From NCBI GenBank assembly GCA_963710065.1, contig CAVPYU010000005.1, positions 624,143 through 688,142 of the forward strand: a DNA stretch of 64,000 nt, given 5' to 3'. Position 1 is the first letter of the stretch, and the number at the start of each line of letters is the position of its first letter. Source of the stretch: an uncultured Thermoleophilia bacterium (GTDB lineage Bacteria > Actinomycetota > Thermoleophilia > Solirubrobacterales > CAVPYU01). A program made the translations under genes and the position numbers. The notes below the pieces were generated by a model. It made no database searches and was not told the origin of the DNA. It saw nothing but the letters and a program-made list of their open reading frames with translations. Of this stretch, positions 19,127 to 28,016 are shown piece after piece.

Positions 19127-20200
19127 CTACCTCTTCGAGAACTGAGGCTTCTTGCGCGCTTTCTTCAGGCCCGCCTTTCGACGCTCCTTGACTCGCGAGT
19201 CTCTTGTCAAATGACCGCGTTTTTTCAGGATACTACGGAGTTCGGGATCAGCGCTGACAAGAGCTCGCGCTATGCCGTGACCAACTGCATGAGCCTGTCC
19301 CGCAACGCCACCGCCACGCACCCGCGCAATGACATCGACCTGTCCTTCAGCGCCTGATGCCCGCAACGGCTGGAAAACCTTGTACTGCAGCGCGTCCCGC
19401 GGGAAGTACTCCTTGACGCTGCGTTTGTTGATAACCATCTCACCCGTACCTGCCCTGAGGTTTACCCTGGCAATAGAGTTCTTACGTTTACCTGTAGCCT
19501 GATAGTTCTTGCCTGCTTCGAGCGTGATCGGCTTGACCTTCGGCTTCGATTCTTCCTCTTCCGCTTTCTCTGGCTCTACCTCATCGCTCTTGTCACTAAC
19601 CACATCACCCTTGCCCGACTCTTCAGAGACCTCTAACTTTGCTGCATATCGCGCGGCTACATCATCGTCTGTTTCCTCACGCTTTTTTTTATCTTCGACA
19701 AGTATCGGCTCAAGATGGGCGCCGGGCGGTAGCTCGTCCTTTTTTTTATCCTTCTTCCCCTTCTTCTTGCCCTTCTCCTCTTTCTCGCCAACAGCGTCCT
19801 CTGCCTGCTCCTTCTTTGCGTTGGGCTCGTCTTTCTGCTCGGCCTCACTCCCCGCGTCTTCCTTGCTTTTCCTCTCCTTTTTGGAGGAATCGTCTTTCTG
19901 CTCGGCCGCGGCAACTACGTCGGCAACCTTCTCATCCTCTTTATCGCCCTCAGGCTCGTTTGTCCTCTCAGCTCCAGTATCTTCGGCCTCTGGTTGCTCA
20001 GACTTGGGTTGTTCAGCCTCTGGTTCCGGTTGCTCGGTTTCCTTATCGGCCTCTATCTTTGTGGTCTCTTGCTCCTCTGCTGAAGGCTGGGTTTCTTCCT
20101 CATTCTCAGCCTGATCTTGCTGCTCTACCTGCTCTTCGCCTTCTATCTTGCCGACCTCGTTTTCAACGTCTTCGGCTTCTTTTTTCTTCTTTCTGGCCAT
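19127..20200 (-). CDS. rpsI: 30S ribosomal protein S9 with a long acidic/Lys-rich N-terminal extension
   Basis: The C-terminal ~130 aa are canonical S9 (GKRKNSIARV ... LTRDSRVKERRKAGLKKARKKPQFSKR). The ATG at 20200 lies 4 nt after the rplM stop and opens a continuous 357-codon frame. Confidence 0.85.
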   Translation of the reverse strand: MARKKKKEAEDVENEVGKIEGEEQVEQQDQAENEEETQPSAEEQETTKIEADKETEQPEPEAEQPKSEQPEAEDTGAERTNEPEGDKEDEKVADVVAAAEQKDDSSKKERKSKEDAGSEAEQKDEPNAKKEQAEDAVGEKEEKGKKKGKKDKKKDELPPGAHLEPILVEDKKKREETDDDVAARYAAKLEVSEESGKGDVVSDKSDEVEPEKAEEEESKPKVKPITLEAGKNYQATGKRKNSIARVNLRAGTGEMVINKRSVKEYFPRDALQYKVFQPLRASGAEGQVDVIARVRGGGVAGQAHAVGHGIARALVSADPELRSILKKRGHLTRDSRVKERRKAGLKKARKKPQFSKR

Positions 20201-20204
20201 ATAT

Positions 20205-20642
20205 TTAAGTCTCTATCTCCAGCTTCTTTGGCTGCTGAGCTTGGTGCTGGTGATCCGGTCCCGCATAGATCTTAAGCTTTCCGATCTGAGCTCGCGCAAG
20301 CCTGTTCTTGGGCATCATTCCCTTCACTGCCCTACGTAACACCTCTTCTGGGCGTTTTTCAAGCATGTACTCAAGGTTGTGAGTCTTCAGGCCACCCATG
20401 TAGCCGCTGTGGCGGTGGTAGAGCTTATCTTCGAGCTTTTTCCCAGTAACCGCGACCTCTTTCGCGTTCACGACAACCACAAAGTCACCACAATCTACGT
20501 GCGGTGTGTACTGAGGTTTGTTTTTACCACGTATCGTGTTCGCTAACACCACCGCAAGCCGCCCCAGAGTCTTGTCTTTAGCGTCCACAAGATACCAGTC
20601 TCGCTGGCGTGTAGATGGCTTTTCCACGAATGTCTTCATCAA
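20205..20642 (-). CDS. rplM: 50S ribosomal protein L13
   Basis: It has [16 protein letters not shown], is 145 aa long and lies upstream of rpsI as in the conserved operon. Confidence 0.95.
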   Translation of the reverse strand: MMKTFVEKPSTRQRDWYLVDAKDKTLGRLAVVLANTIRGKNKPQYTPHVDCGDFVVVVNAKEVAVTGKKLEDKLYHRHSGYMGGLKTHNLEYMLEKRPEEVLRRAVKGMMPKNRLARAQIGKLKIYAGPDHQHQAQQPKKLEIET

Positions 20643-20699
20643 AGTACAGAAAAAAATGCCCCTCGCGCCTTTGCTGCAAGAGACACCGCAAACCTTGGA

Positions 20700-20728
20700 A
20701 TAGTACGGGATACAGCCTTGCGCGTCAA
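20700..20728 (-). promoter_or_regulatory. candidate sigma-70/SigA-type promoter of rplM-rpsI
   Basis: On the minus strand, TTGACG (20728-20723), a 17-nt spacer and TACTAT (20705-20700) lie about 58 nt upstream of the rplM ATG. Confidence 0.4.
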
Positions 20729-20812
20729 AAAGATCAGTGCCTATCCCACAATCCTTCGACGTTCAGGGGCATAGAATCTTGTCCATACCGCTTTGTAACA
20801 ATCGGTCACAAG

Positions 20813-20840
20813 TTGACGTAGCCGACCGTATTACTACTAT
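20813..20840 (+). promoter_or_regulatory. candidate promoter of the riboswitch/M23 transcript
   Basis: TTGACG (20813-20818), a 16-nt spacer and TACTAT (20835-20840) lie directly upstream of the riboswitch. Confidence 0.45.
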
Positions 20841-20849
20841 CCTCAGCTA

Positions 20850-21010
20850 AATAGACCAGCCGAATCGGCACTGCCCTGGCAGAGCCGAGCGGGGGAACCA
20901 ATCGATAGGGTGCTTGCACCCATCGAGGGGCGAATCGGGCAAGGAAGCAGGCCCGTAGCGCAACTCTTTCAGCGCGAGCCCGGCAGCTAACTCCGCAGGC
21001 CACGGAAAGA
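20850..21010 (+). promoter_or_regulatory. cyclic-di-AMP riboswitch (ydaO/yuaA class)
   Basis: The conserved blocks appear in order: CCGAATC, GAGCGGGGGAACCAA, GGGGCGAATC and GCCCGGCAGCTAACTCCGCAGGC. These match my recollection of the B. subtilis ydaO element (GAGCGGGGGACCCA, GGGGUGAAUC, ACCCGUCAGCUAACCUCGUAAGC). It lies immediately 5' of a cell-wall hydrolase gene. Confidence 0.85.
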
Positions 21011-21018
21011 GAGGGTCG

Positions 21019-22302
21019 TTGAAAGCAACTTGGACGCGCTGGTCGCCGCGCGTAAGAAAAGCGCTGGTGCCGGTCGTAATAGCAACAACAACTCAAATAC
21101 TGGTACTTGGGATTCTTGGTGGTAACGCCGGCGCATCTACGGGTTCCCTGCTCGCCCAGGGTGGTGGAGCAACCCCCAGTAAGCCACTAGTGACGTCGGC
21201 AGTATGCTCGCTAGATCAAGGTCTCAGCTGCTTCAGCGAGAACACAGTGCGACCCGGCCAGCCTTTGTTGATCACCGGCAAGAACTTGGGTAGTGATGCT
21301 GAGGTCGTGTTCCGCCCCATCCATTCGAAGAATTCAAAGCGCGCTCGATCTAGGGGAAGAATCGCAAAGTCCAGAGCGCCAACGGTTATCAAGGCGAGCA
21401 GCGCAGGCAATTCGAAGCTCGAGGCAACGGTCCCGAAGATGAACGAGGGCAAGTACGTTGTTCAGGTTCGCAACGACAGCGGTCTTAAGTCCAACGCAAA
21501 GCCTATAAAAGTACTAGCTGAGCCTAAGGTACGGCCCAGTAATACACCGAAGATTGTCGATGCCGTTACAAAGTACAAGAGATTTTCCTACGGAGGCGAC
21601 CGTAAGCAAGCCTTCGTCTTTCAGATCGCTTCGCTGCGTTCTGCAGTGCCTGCAACGGTCGAGCTCGTCGACGTCTCGAGCGATGCGATCGTACAACAGT
21701 GGGGCCTTAGCGTCGCCACCAACAGGCTGACGAATGTAACCTGGGACGGCCGTCTACCCGATGGGAACACGGCAGCGGAAGGCCGATACCAGTTCCGCGT
21801 ACAGACATCAGACGACACCGGCAACATCGTGACCTCGACTGGCATGCTCGCAGGCAGACCGGCAAAGGGGAAGGCTGTGTTCAGCTTCCAAAAATACGTG
21901 TTTCCCATTCAGGGCCCTTACACCATGGGCCGAGGTCGAGGCGCGGGACATGACGGAGTCGACGTGATGGCAAAGACAGGTACTGATCTTGTCGCCGTCA
22001 CCAGCGGAAAGATCGAGTATGTTGGCAGCCACCCACGTGCAGGTAACTACCTGATACTTAGCGGAGTCGATAAAAAACGGTACCTGTACCTACACATGAA
22101 CGAGAGGCCTGTCGTCAAGAAAGGCGAAAAGGTTTATGCCGGTCAGAAAGTTGGCAGCGTTGGCTATACCGGCAATGCAAGTGCGTCTGCCCCGCACCTG
22201 CACTTCGAAGTAAGGGCGCCATCCGGGAGTGGTAAACGGTCTTTCTACGGAAGGGCACTCGACCCGAAGAAGTTCCTCCTGAAGATCGCGCGACAGCACT
22301 AG
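21019..22302 (+). CDS. secreted M23/LytM-family peptidoglycan endopeptidase with an Ig-like (FlgD-Ig-like) middle domain
   Basis: The C-terminal M23 domain reads GHDGVDVMA...GNYLIL...YLHMN...GYTGNASAPHLHFEVR, with an N-terminal hydrophobic anchor. The TTG start at 21019 lies 3 nt after the purine-rich GAGAGGG. Confidence 0.85.
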   Translation: MKATWTRWSPRVRKALVPVVIATTTQILVLGILGGNAGASTGSLLAQGGGATPSKPLVTSAVCSLDQGLSCFSENTVRPGQPLLITGKNLGSDAEVVFRPIHSKNSKRARSRGRIAKSRAPTVIKASSAGNSKLEATVPKMNEGKYVVQVRNDSGLKSNAKPIKVLAEPKVRPSNTPKIVDAVTKYKRFSYGGDRKQAFVFQIASLRSAVPATVELVDVSSDAIVQQWGLSVATNRLTNVTWDGRLPDGNTAAEGRYQFRVQTSDDTGNIVTSTGMLAGRPAKGKAVFSFQKYVFPIQGPYTMGRGRGAGHDGVDVMAKTGTDLVAVTSGKIEYVGSHPRAGNYLILSGVDKKRYLYLHMNERPVVKKGEKVYAGQKVGSVGYTGNASASAPHLHFEVRAPSGSGKRSFYGRALDPKKFLLKIARQH

Positions 22303-22315
22303 TAGCAGTTACTAA

Positions 22316-22567
22316 GGCTCCACGATCAAAAAACGCAAGAGTGGCAAGCGGCGCTATAAGACCGCCGGTTATCTCAACGTTCGAAACCTGAAGGAAGGTA
22401 AGAACACTCTCTACTGGGACGGCTGGGTGCAGAAGAGCTCGAAATCAAAGAGGTGGCGTAAGCTCGGGCAGGGTTCATATCGGTTTGAGGACGTTGTCGA
22501 TGTAACCGTAGAGGGTCGTAAGTTCAAGTCCCAGAAACGCTCTGCTTCGTTCTCGGTCAAAAGATAG
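22316..22567 (+). pseudogene. start-less 83-codon open frame encoding a Lys-rich Ig-like module (gene fragment?)
   Basis: Hand translation gives ...KKRKSGKRRYKTAGYLNVRNLKEGKNTLYWDGWVQKSSKSKRWRKLGQGSYRFEDVVDVTVEGRKFKSQKRSASFSVKR*. There is no ATG/GTG/TTG near the 5' end. It resembles the C-terminal module of the 59852..61012 protein. Confidence 0.35.
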
Positions 22568-22635
22568 AAGCCAAAGGAACCATCAGATGAATTTCGATTG
22601 GCCGTATTAGTTGAACAGCCAACCAAGTCTGGTCT

Positions 22636-24246
22636 TTATTCCCACTCAATTGTGCTCGGAGGCTTCGAGCTTATATCCAGCGCCACGCGGTTCACAAGGG
22701 GAATCTCCCCTATCAAGCGCGAGGAGATCTTCTCGAGTAGCTCGTGGGGTAGTTTTGCCCAGTCGGCGGTCATCGCATCGTCTGAGGTAACCGCTCGGAT
22801 GATGATCGGATAGGCGTAACTGCGCTCATCTCCCTGCACACCGACCGACTTGACCACCGGTAGAACGGCGAACGACTGCCAGAGCTCTCGGTACAGGTCC
22901 GCCTTACGGATCTCGTCTTGGATTATCGAGTCGGCCTCTTGCAGGATCGCTATTCGCTCTTCAGTTACCTCACCACCGATTATCCTTATCGCAAGCCCCG
23001 GGCCGGGGAAAGGCTGCCGCCAGACCATCCGCTCGGGCAGGCCCAGCTCCTCTGCGACCTTGCGCACTTCGTCTTTGAACAGCATTCTCAAAGGCTCAAT
23101 CAGCTCGAATTTAATATCCTTGGGTAGCCCGCCAACATTGTGGTGAGATTTTATTTTGGCAGCCGCTCCTGAGGAGTCCGTGCCGGGCCCACCGGATTCG
23201 ATCACATCCGAGTAGAGCGTCCCCTGGACAAGGAAATTTGCGTCCTCGAGCTTTACTGCCTCTTCCTCAAAGGTACGGATGAACTCTTCGCCGATAATCT
23301 TCCTTTTTTCCTCCGGATCGGTAACGCCCGCAAGCTTTTCAAGGAACCGTTCACGAGCATCGACCTTGATAAGCGGAATACGAAAGTTGTCCTCGAAGGT
23401 TGTAACCACCTGCTGCGCTTCGTTTTTTCGAAGCAGTCCGTGATCGACCAAGATGCAACTGAGTTGATCACCAACTGCCCTGTGAACCATCAGCGCAGCA
23501 GTTGACGAGTCGACCCCGCCGGAGAGCCCACAGATAACTCGTGCATCACCGGCCTGGGCTCTGATCTGCTCGACCTGCTCATCTATGATCGACGCAGGGC
23601 TCCAGGTGTCGTTCAATCCGCAGATATCGTATAGGAAGTTCTCAAGGATCTGTTTCCCTGCTGGTGTATGGACGACTTCGGGATGGAACTGAATTCCGTA
23701 GAGACCGCGCTTGTCGTCTTCCAATGCCGCGACCGGCGATACCGGGCTCGATGCCAGTGCCTTGAATCCTGTCGGCGCCTCAAAGACTGTGTCACGATGG
23801 CTCATCCAACAAGTCTGGTACTCATTTAGACCTGCAAGAAGCCGCCCTTGGTGGACTATCTCAAGGTCGGTGCGCCCGAACTCACCGACCTCCGCCGCTT
23901 CAACCTTTCCGCCCATCATCTTCGCCATCGCCTGCATCCCATAACAGATGCCCAACAGTGGAATTCCGAGTTCCAAAAGCTCGGACCTGAGTTCCGGTGC
24001 TCCTGCTTCGCTGACTGACGACGGCCCACCGGAAAGCACCAACCCGGCCGGGTTTCGCCTCTTTAACTTTTCGATCGGCATGTCGTGGGGAACGAGTTCG
24101 GAGAAAACTCCGCACTCCCTCACCCTTCGTGCGATCAACTGCGAGTACTGGCCACCAAAATCGACGACTATTACGTCGCCGGCCATTATCGCGGGTTTTT
24201 TCGTCTCTTCCGGTTTCTCCAAAGTGTTTGAGCCGCCGTGCATCAC
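22636..24246 (-). CDS. guaA: GMP synthase (glutamine-hydrolysing)
   Basis: It has a class I GATase domain, the ATP-PPase loop SGGVDSS and the C-terminal ...[11 protein letters not shown] 24186 is an alternative start. Confidence 0.95.
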   Translation of the reverse strand: MMHGGSNTLEKPEETKKPAIMAGDVIVVDFGGQYSQLIARRVRECGVFSELVPHDMPIEKLKRRNPAGLVLSGGPSSVSEAGAPELRSELLELGIPLLGICYGMQAMAKMMGGKVEAAEVGEFGRTDLEIVHQGRLLAGLNEYQTCWMSHRDTVFEAPTGFKALASSPVSPVAALEDDKRGLYGIQFHPEVVHTPAGKQILENFLYDICGLNDTWSPASIIDEQVEQIRAQAGDARVICGLSGGVDSSTAALMVHRAVGDQLSCILVDHGLLRKNEAQQVVTTFEDNFRIPLIKVDARERFLEKLAGVTDPEEKRKIIGEEFIRTFEEEAVKLEDANFLVQGTLYSDVIESGGPGTDSSGAAAKIKSHHNVGGLPKDIKFELIEPLRMLFKDEVRKVAEELGLPERMVWRQPFPGPGLAIRIIGGEVTEERIAILQEADSIIQDEIRKADLYRELWQSFAVLPVVKSVGVQGDERSYAYPIIIRAVTSDDAMTADWAKLPHELLEKISSRLIGEIPLVNRVALDISSKPPSTIEWE

Positions 24247-24252
24247 ATTCTG

Positions 24253-25455
24253 TTAAGAGCTCTCCTCGACATTCGCCGACAGATGTCGGCTTCCGTCCGC
24301 ACCCATTCCTATCTGCTGCTCTTTTTGCAGTTGCTTACCCTCGGTTTGAAGAGCCGGTGCAACCATGATCTCGGCTCGGTGAAATGAGTGTATGTCTTCG
24401 TAACCGCAAGTCGCCATCGACATCCTCAGTGCACCCATAAGATTGAACGTGCCGTCGTTTTCCCGAGCTGGCCCAAGAACTATCTCTTCCAATGTGCCGC
24501 TCTGTTGTGTCGCTACCCGTGCGCCGCGAGGAAGAGTCGGATGAAATGTTGCCATGCCCCAGTGATAGCCGCGACCCGGTGCCTCGTATGCGCCGGCCAG
24601 TGGCGATCCGATCATGACTGCATCAGAACCACAAGCGATCGCCTTAGCAACATCGCCTCCGGTTCTCATGCCGCCATCTGCGATTACGTTGACATAGTCA
24701 CCCGTTTCCAACATGTGCTGAGTATGGGCTGCTTGCACATCCGCGATCGCCGTAACCTGCGGCACTCCGATTCCCAGCACCCCTCTGGTCGTACATGCCG
24801 CTCCCGGTCCTACTCCCACCAATACTCCCACAGCACCTGTACGCATCAGGTGCAACGAGGTTGAGTATGAGGCGCAGCCACCAACGATGCATGGAACAGG
24901 CACCTGGCCGATGAACTCCTTGAGATTCAGCGGCTCGACGTACGATGAGACGTGCTCGGCACTTATCACTGTTCCTTGAATGACGAGAATGTCCAGGCCC
25001 GCTTCCAGAGCAACTTCGTAGTACTCACGCACCTTCTGCGGCGTGAATGATCCACAGGCAACGACACCCTTCTCCTTTATTTCAGCGACTCTCTGGGCTA
25101 TTAGCTCTGGTTTGACCGGCTCCGAGTAGATCTCCTGCATCTCGGCAGTTGCGGCACCTGCCGGCAACTTCGATATTCGTTCCAACTGCGCATCGGCATC
25201 TTCGTACCTACTCCATAGACCCTCGAGGTTAAGAACCGCGAGCCCACCCAGTTTGCCGATTATCCCAGCGGTCTCTGGGCTAGCCGCACCATCCATTGCG
25301 CTGGCCAGGAGCGGCAGCTCAAACCTGTACGGACCCAGTTTCCAGGAGATATCGATGTCGTCTGGGTCTCGCGTTCGACGCGATGGAACTATCGCAATAT
25401 CATCGAACCCGTAAGCCCTACGAGCCTTCTTGCCACGTCCAATCTCAAGATCCAT
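24253..25455 (-). CDS. guaB3: GuaB3-type IMP dehydrogenase-related protein (no CBS insert)
   Basis: It is an IMPDH/GMPR TIM-barrel ([15 protein letters not shown]..., [11 protein letters not shown]) of 400 aa, next to guaA. Confidence 0.85.
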   Translation of the reverse strand: MDLEIGRGKKARRAYGFDDIAIVPSRRTRDPDDIDISWKLGPYRFELPLLASAMDGAASPETAGIIGKLGGLAVLNLEGLWSRYEDADAQLERISKLPAGAATAEMQEIYSEPVKPELIAQRVAEIKEKGVVACGSFTPQKVREYYEVALEAGLDILVIQGTVISAEHVSSYVEPLNLKEFIGQVPVPCIVGGCASYSTSLHLMRTGAVGVLVGVGPGAACTTRGVLGIGVPQVTAIADVQAAHTQHMLETGDYVNVIADGGMRTGGDVAKAIACGSDAVMIGSPLAGAYEAPGRGYHWGMATFHPTLPRGARVATQQSGTLEEIVLGPARENDGTFNLMGALRMSMATCGYEDIHSFHRAEIMVAPALQTEGKQLQKEQQIGMGADGSRHLSANVEESS

Positions 25456-25523
25456 TGTTTAATTCTACGAATGGATCTTGACAATATCGCCCATCTATAC
25501 CGCGTTTTCGCGGAAATTGGCGA

Positions 25524-26492
25524 TCAATTGCCAGCGAACTTTGGTGCATCAAGCTCTACCGGAGTAAAAGTGACATCATCGATCAGTCGCTCCACAGCTT
25601 TGGGATTGACGATCCCAGCACCGAAATGCTGCGTGGACTCAGCGCCGCATGCCACCGCGTATTTCAAACAGTCCTCAGCAGGTTTGTCCTTATAACGCTG
25701 TGCCGCGTATCCGGCAAGGAAGGCGTCACCGGACCCGATAGTCGATACCGGATCCAGCGGACCGAGCAATACCTTGTATATCTCCTTTGAGCTGTTTTCA
25801 CCAACCATCGCGTAGCAGCCTTCCGAGTGTGTGACGATCGCATCTTGAGCGCCAATTTCTCGTATCTCGTGAACCGCTGCAATACAGTCGTCTTCCTCGT
25901 TGAACTCATGGCCTACCAATTCCTCTGCTTCCAACTTGTTCGGTGCAACAACGTCCGGGCTGCTGCGTACTGCTTGCTGCAGAGGGTCGCCGTACGAGTC
26001 GACTATCGTGATCACATCAGACTGCTTCAACTCTCGAACAAGTGCTGCGTAAGTTGAATCGGGAACGCCTCTCGGCAGGCTGCCGGCAAATATACAAACA
26101 TCTGCCCCTTTGGATAGATACAACAGCTTCTCGGCAAAAAGCTGCATCTCACTTTCGGTGATTGCCGGACCCGGCTCGATGATCTCCGTCTGCTCATTTG
26201 ACGTCGGATCTATCACCGCCACTGAAGTTCTGGCCTCGCCCTGCACGCGCACAAAATCATTGAGGATCTCCTCCTGGGTCAGATGGTTCACAATCCAGTC
26301 GCCGGTCATTCCCCCGGTTAGCCCAGTCGCTATTACTGGCTCGCCGAGAAGTTTTAACGCACGGGCAACGTTGATGCCCTTGCCACCTGGCATCGTGACA
26401 CTGTCAACACACCGATGCCTGTGCCCAAGCCTGAAATTTGGGACGGACAATGTGCGATCGAGCGCTGTATTTAAAGTTACTGTAATGATCAT
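25524..26492 (-). CDS. PfkB-family sugar-phosphate kinase (1-phosphofructokinase/6-phosphofructokinase-2 type)
   Basis: It has MIITVTLNTALDRT, GGKGINVA and the C-terminal GSGDAFLAGY. Confidence 0.85.
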   Translation of the reverse strand: MIITVTLNTALDRTLSVPNFRLGHRHRCVDSVTMPGGKGINVARALKLLGEPVIATGLTGGMTGDWIVNHLTQEEILNDFVRVQGEARTSVAVIDPTSNEQTEIIEPGPAITESEMQLFAEKLLYLSKGADVCIFAGSLPRGVPDSTYAALVRELKQSDVITIVDSYGDPLQQAVRSSPDVVAPNKLEAEELVGHEFNEEDDCIAAVHEIREIGAQDAIVTHSEGCYAMVGENSSKEIYKVLLGPLDPVSTIGSGDAFLAGYAAQRYKDKPAEDCLKYAVACGAESTQHFGAGIVNPKAVERLIDDVTFTPVELDAPKFAGN

Positions 26493-27670
26493 TTTCCGCG
26501 CTTTACACCTCTATACGTTGCTCCTGCGCCAACTAGCAAGACAAGCAAAAAAATCAGGCCCAATGGCCTGGTCAAATAGTAAACGCCTTTTCGGAACATG
26601 CCTGCACGTCCAACGGTCCGCGTTGCCACAAGATCGGTAGAAGCTGTCTTTTTCCCTCCCACGACAACAGTGACCGTACCCAGATCTTCCCCACGATCAG
26701 TCTCAGAGACCACTTTCTGGTAGTCGCTCACAACTCTGACTTTCAGCCCTCGCCGTACAGGAACCGAAATATTCCGGTCCGCCATTAGTGCAACTTCTGT
26801 ACCACGGAACCGAACATCTACCTCTCCGTACCATCGTCCCTTTCGAACGGCTTTTACAGTCTTGTATCGATCAAACCCATACTTGAAGAGTTCGAGTGTG
26901 CCGGCATCACGGCTTTCTTCTGAACCCGCACCTAAAACCACCGTCACCAGATCCACGCCTTTCTTGGTGCCGCTTCCGATAAGTGAGTAGCCAGATAAGG
27001 CGGTCCTACCCGTCTTGACGCCAGTAATGAATTTGTATTGAGCAACGAGTCGATTACGGTTGACCAACTTACGTCGCCGATCTCCTGACTTGATCGTCTT
27101 CTCAGGGCTTCGCACAATTCGACGAAATCTCTTACTTTTCAACAACTTCCGCGTGAGCTTTGCGAGATCCTTTGCAGATGAATAATTGTCCTTGTCGTCC
27201 AGTCCGACTGGGTTGGCAAAGCGCGTGTTCTTCAGACCCATTTTCCGAGCCTCTCGGTTCATCTTTTGCACAAACGAAGTGGTGGAGCCGGCCAGCCGCT
27301 GCGCAAAGGTAACTGCAGCGTCGTTAGCGCTAGCGAGCAGTAGTGCATAAAGCAGATCCCTTACCGTCATCGACTCACCCGTACGTAGATCAATCTTTGA
27401 TTCAGCAGGCTGGGGACTGTATGGAGCGGCCATTATTCTCTCCTCCATCGGAACCTGTTCGAGCACTAGCAGAGCCGTCATCAGCTTCGTAAGGCTGGCG
27501 ATCGCCAGCCTGCGATTAGATTCACTCGAATAGAGCACCTTGCCATCGTCGGTATTAATGACCAAGGCTGCGCGGGCATCGATATCAGGCTCCGGCACTC
27601 GTGCATGGGCACTCTGCGACCCGAACACGACCGCTATCAATAGCAGAAGCCCAAGAAATCGCTTAGTCAC
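26489..27670 (-). CDS. D-alanyl-D-alanine carboxypeptidase (S11, PBP5-like)
   Basis: It has a signal peptide, the SxxK motif (SLTK), the SxN motif (SAND) and a C-terminal membrane anchor. Confidence 0.85.
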   Translation of the reverse strand: MTKRFLGLLLLIAVVFGSQSAHARVPEPDIDARAALVINTDDGKVLYSSESNRRLAIASLTKLMTALLVLEQVPMEERIMAAPYSPQPAESKIDLRTGESMTVRDLLYALLLASANDAAVTFAQRLAGSTTSFVQKMNREARKMGLKNTRFANPVGLDDKDNYSSAKDLAKLTRKLLKSKRFRRIVRSPEKTIKSGDRRRKLVNRNRLVAQYKFITGVKTGRTALSGYSLIGSGTKKGVDLVTVVLGAGSEESRDAGTLELFKYGFDRYKTVKAVRKGRWYGEVDVRFRGTEVALMADRNISVPVRRGLKVRVVSDYQKVVSETDRGEDLGTVTVVVGGKKTASTDLVATRTVGRAGMFRKGVYYLTRPLGLIFLLVLLVGAGATYRGVKRGK

Positions 27671-28002
27671 TTCAGCTTTATCTTCTGTCCTTCTACCAGA
27701 GCACGTGGATCGATATCGGGGTTAAGTACCTCGATGTCTGCCATCGGGACCCCTGTCTTCTCTGAGATCGTTGCAAGATTGTCACCAGACTTGACTACGT
27801 AAATGGGTTCTTCAGTGGTTTTCTGTGTGGCTGTTTTCGTTGTCTTTACTGTCCTTGTCGTTCTGCCTTTATCCGCTCCCGACGTCTCGTCCTTACCGTC
27901 TCCACCGCCGGATGACGTAACGATGACGACAATGAGGACGATCGTAAACACGATCAGCCCCACAGGTGCAAGAAATCTGATGGAGTTTCCCTTTTCCGGC
28001 AT
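27667..28002 (-). CDS. LysM-domain membrane protein
   Basis: It has an N-terminal TM helix and a C-terminal LysM domain (YVVKSGDNLATISEKTGVPMADIEVLNP). Confidence 0.8.
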   Translation of the reverse strand: MPEKGNSIRFLAPVGLIVFTIVLIVVIVTSSGGGDGKDETSGADKGRTTRTVKTTKTATQKTTEEPIYVVKSGDNLATISEKTGVPMADIEVLNPDIDPRALVEGQKIKLK

Positions 28003-28016
28003 CTCAGCCGGCCATG

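Noticed and set aside
19509-20208. Two long plus-strand ORFs (201 and 189 aa) rich in Ser/Phe/Leu/Pro appear in the track.
   Set aside because: They are the antisense reading of the GAA/AAG-rich S9 extension. The low-complexity composition keeps several frames open.
20806-21096. A 96-aa minus-strand ORF appears in the track.
   Set aside because: It overlaps the ydaO riboswitch and the M23 start, and its translation is Cys/Arg-rich.
22522-22531. The word GTTCAAGTCC resembles a tRNA T-loop.
   Set aside because: The flanking bases cannot form a T stem or an acceptor stem. The site lies inside the start-less protein-like frame.
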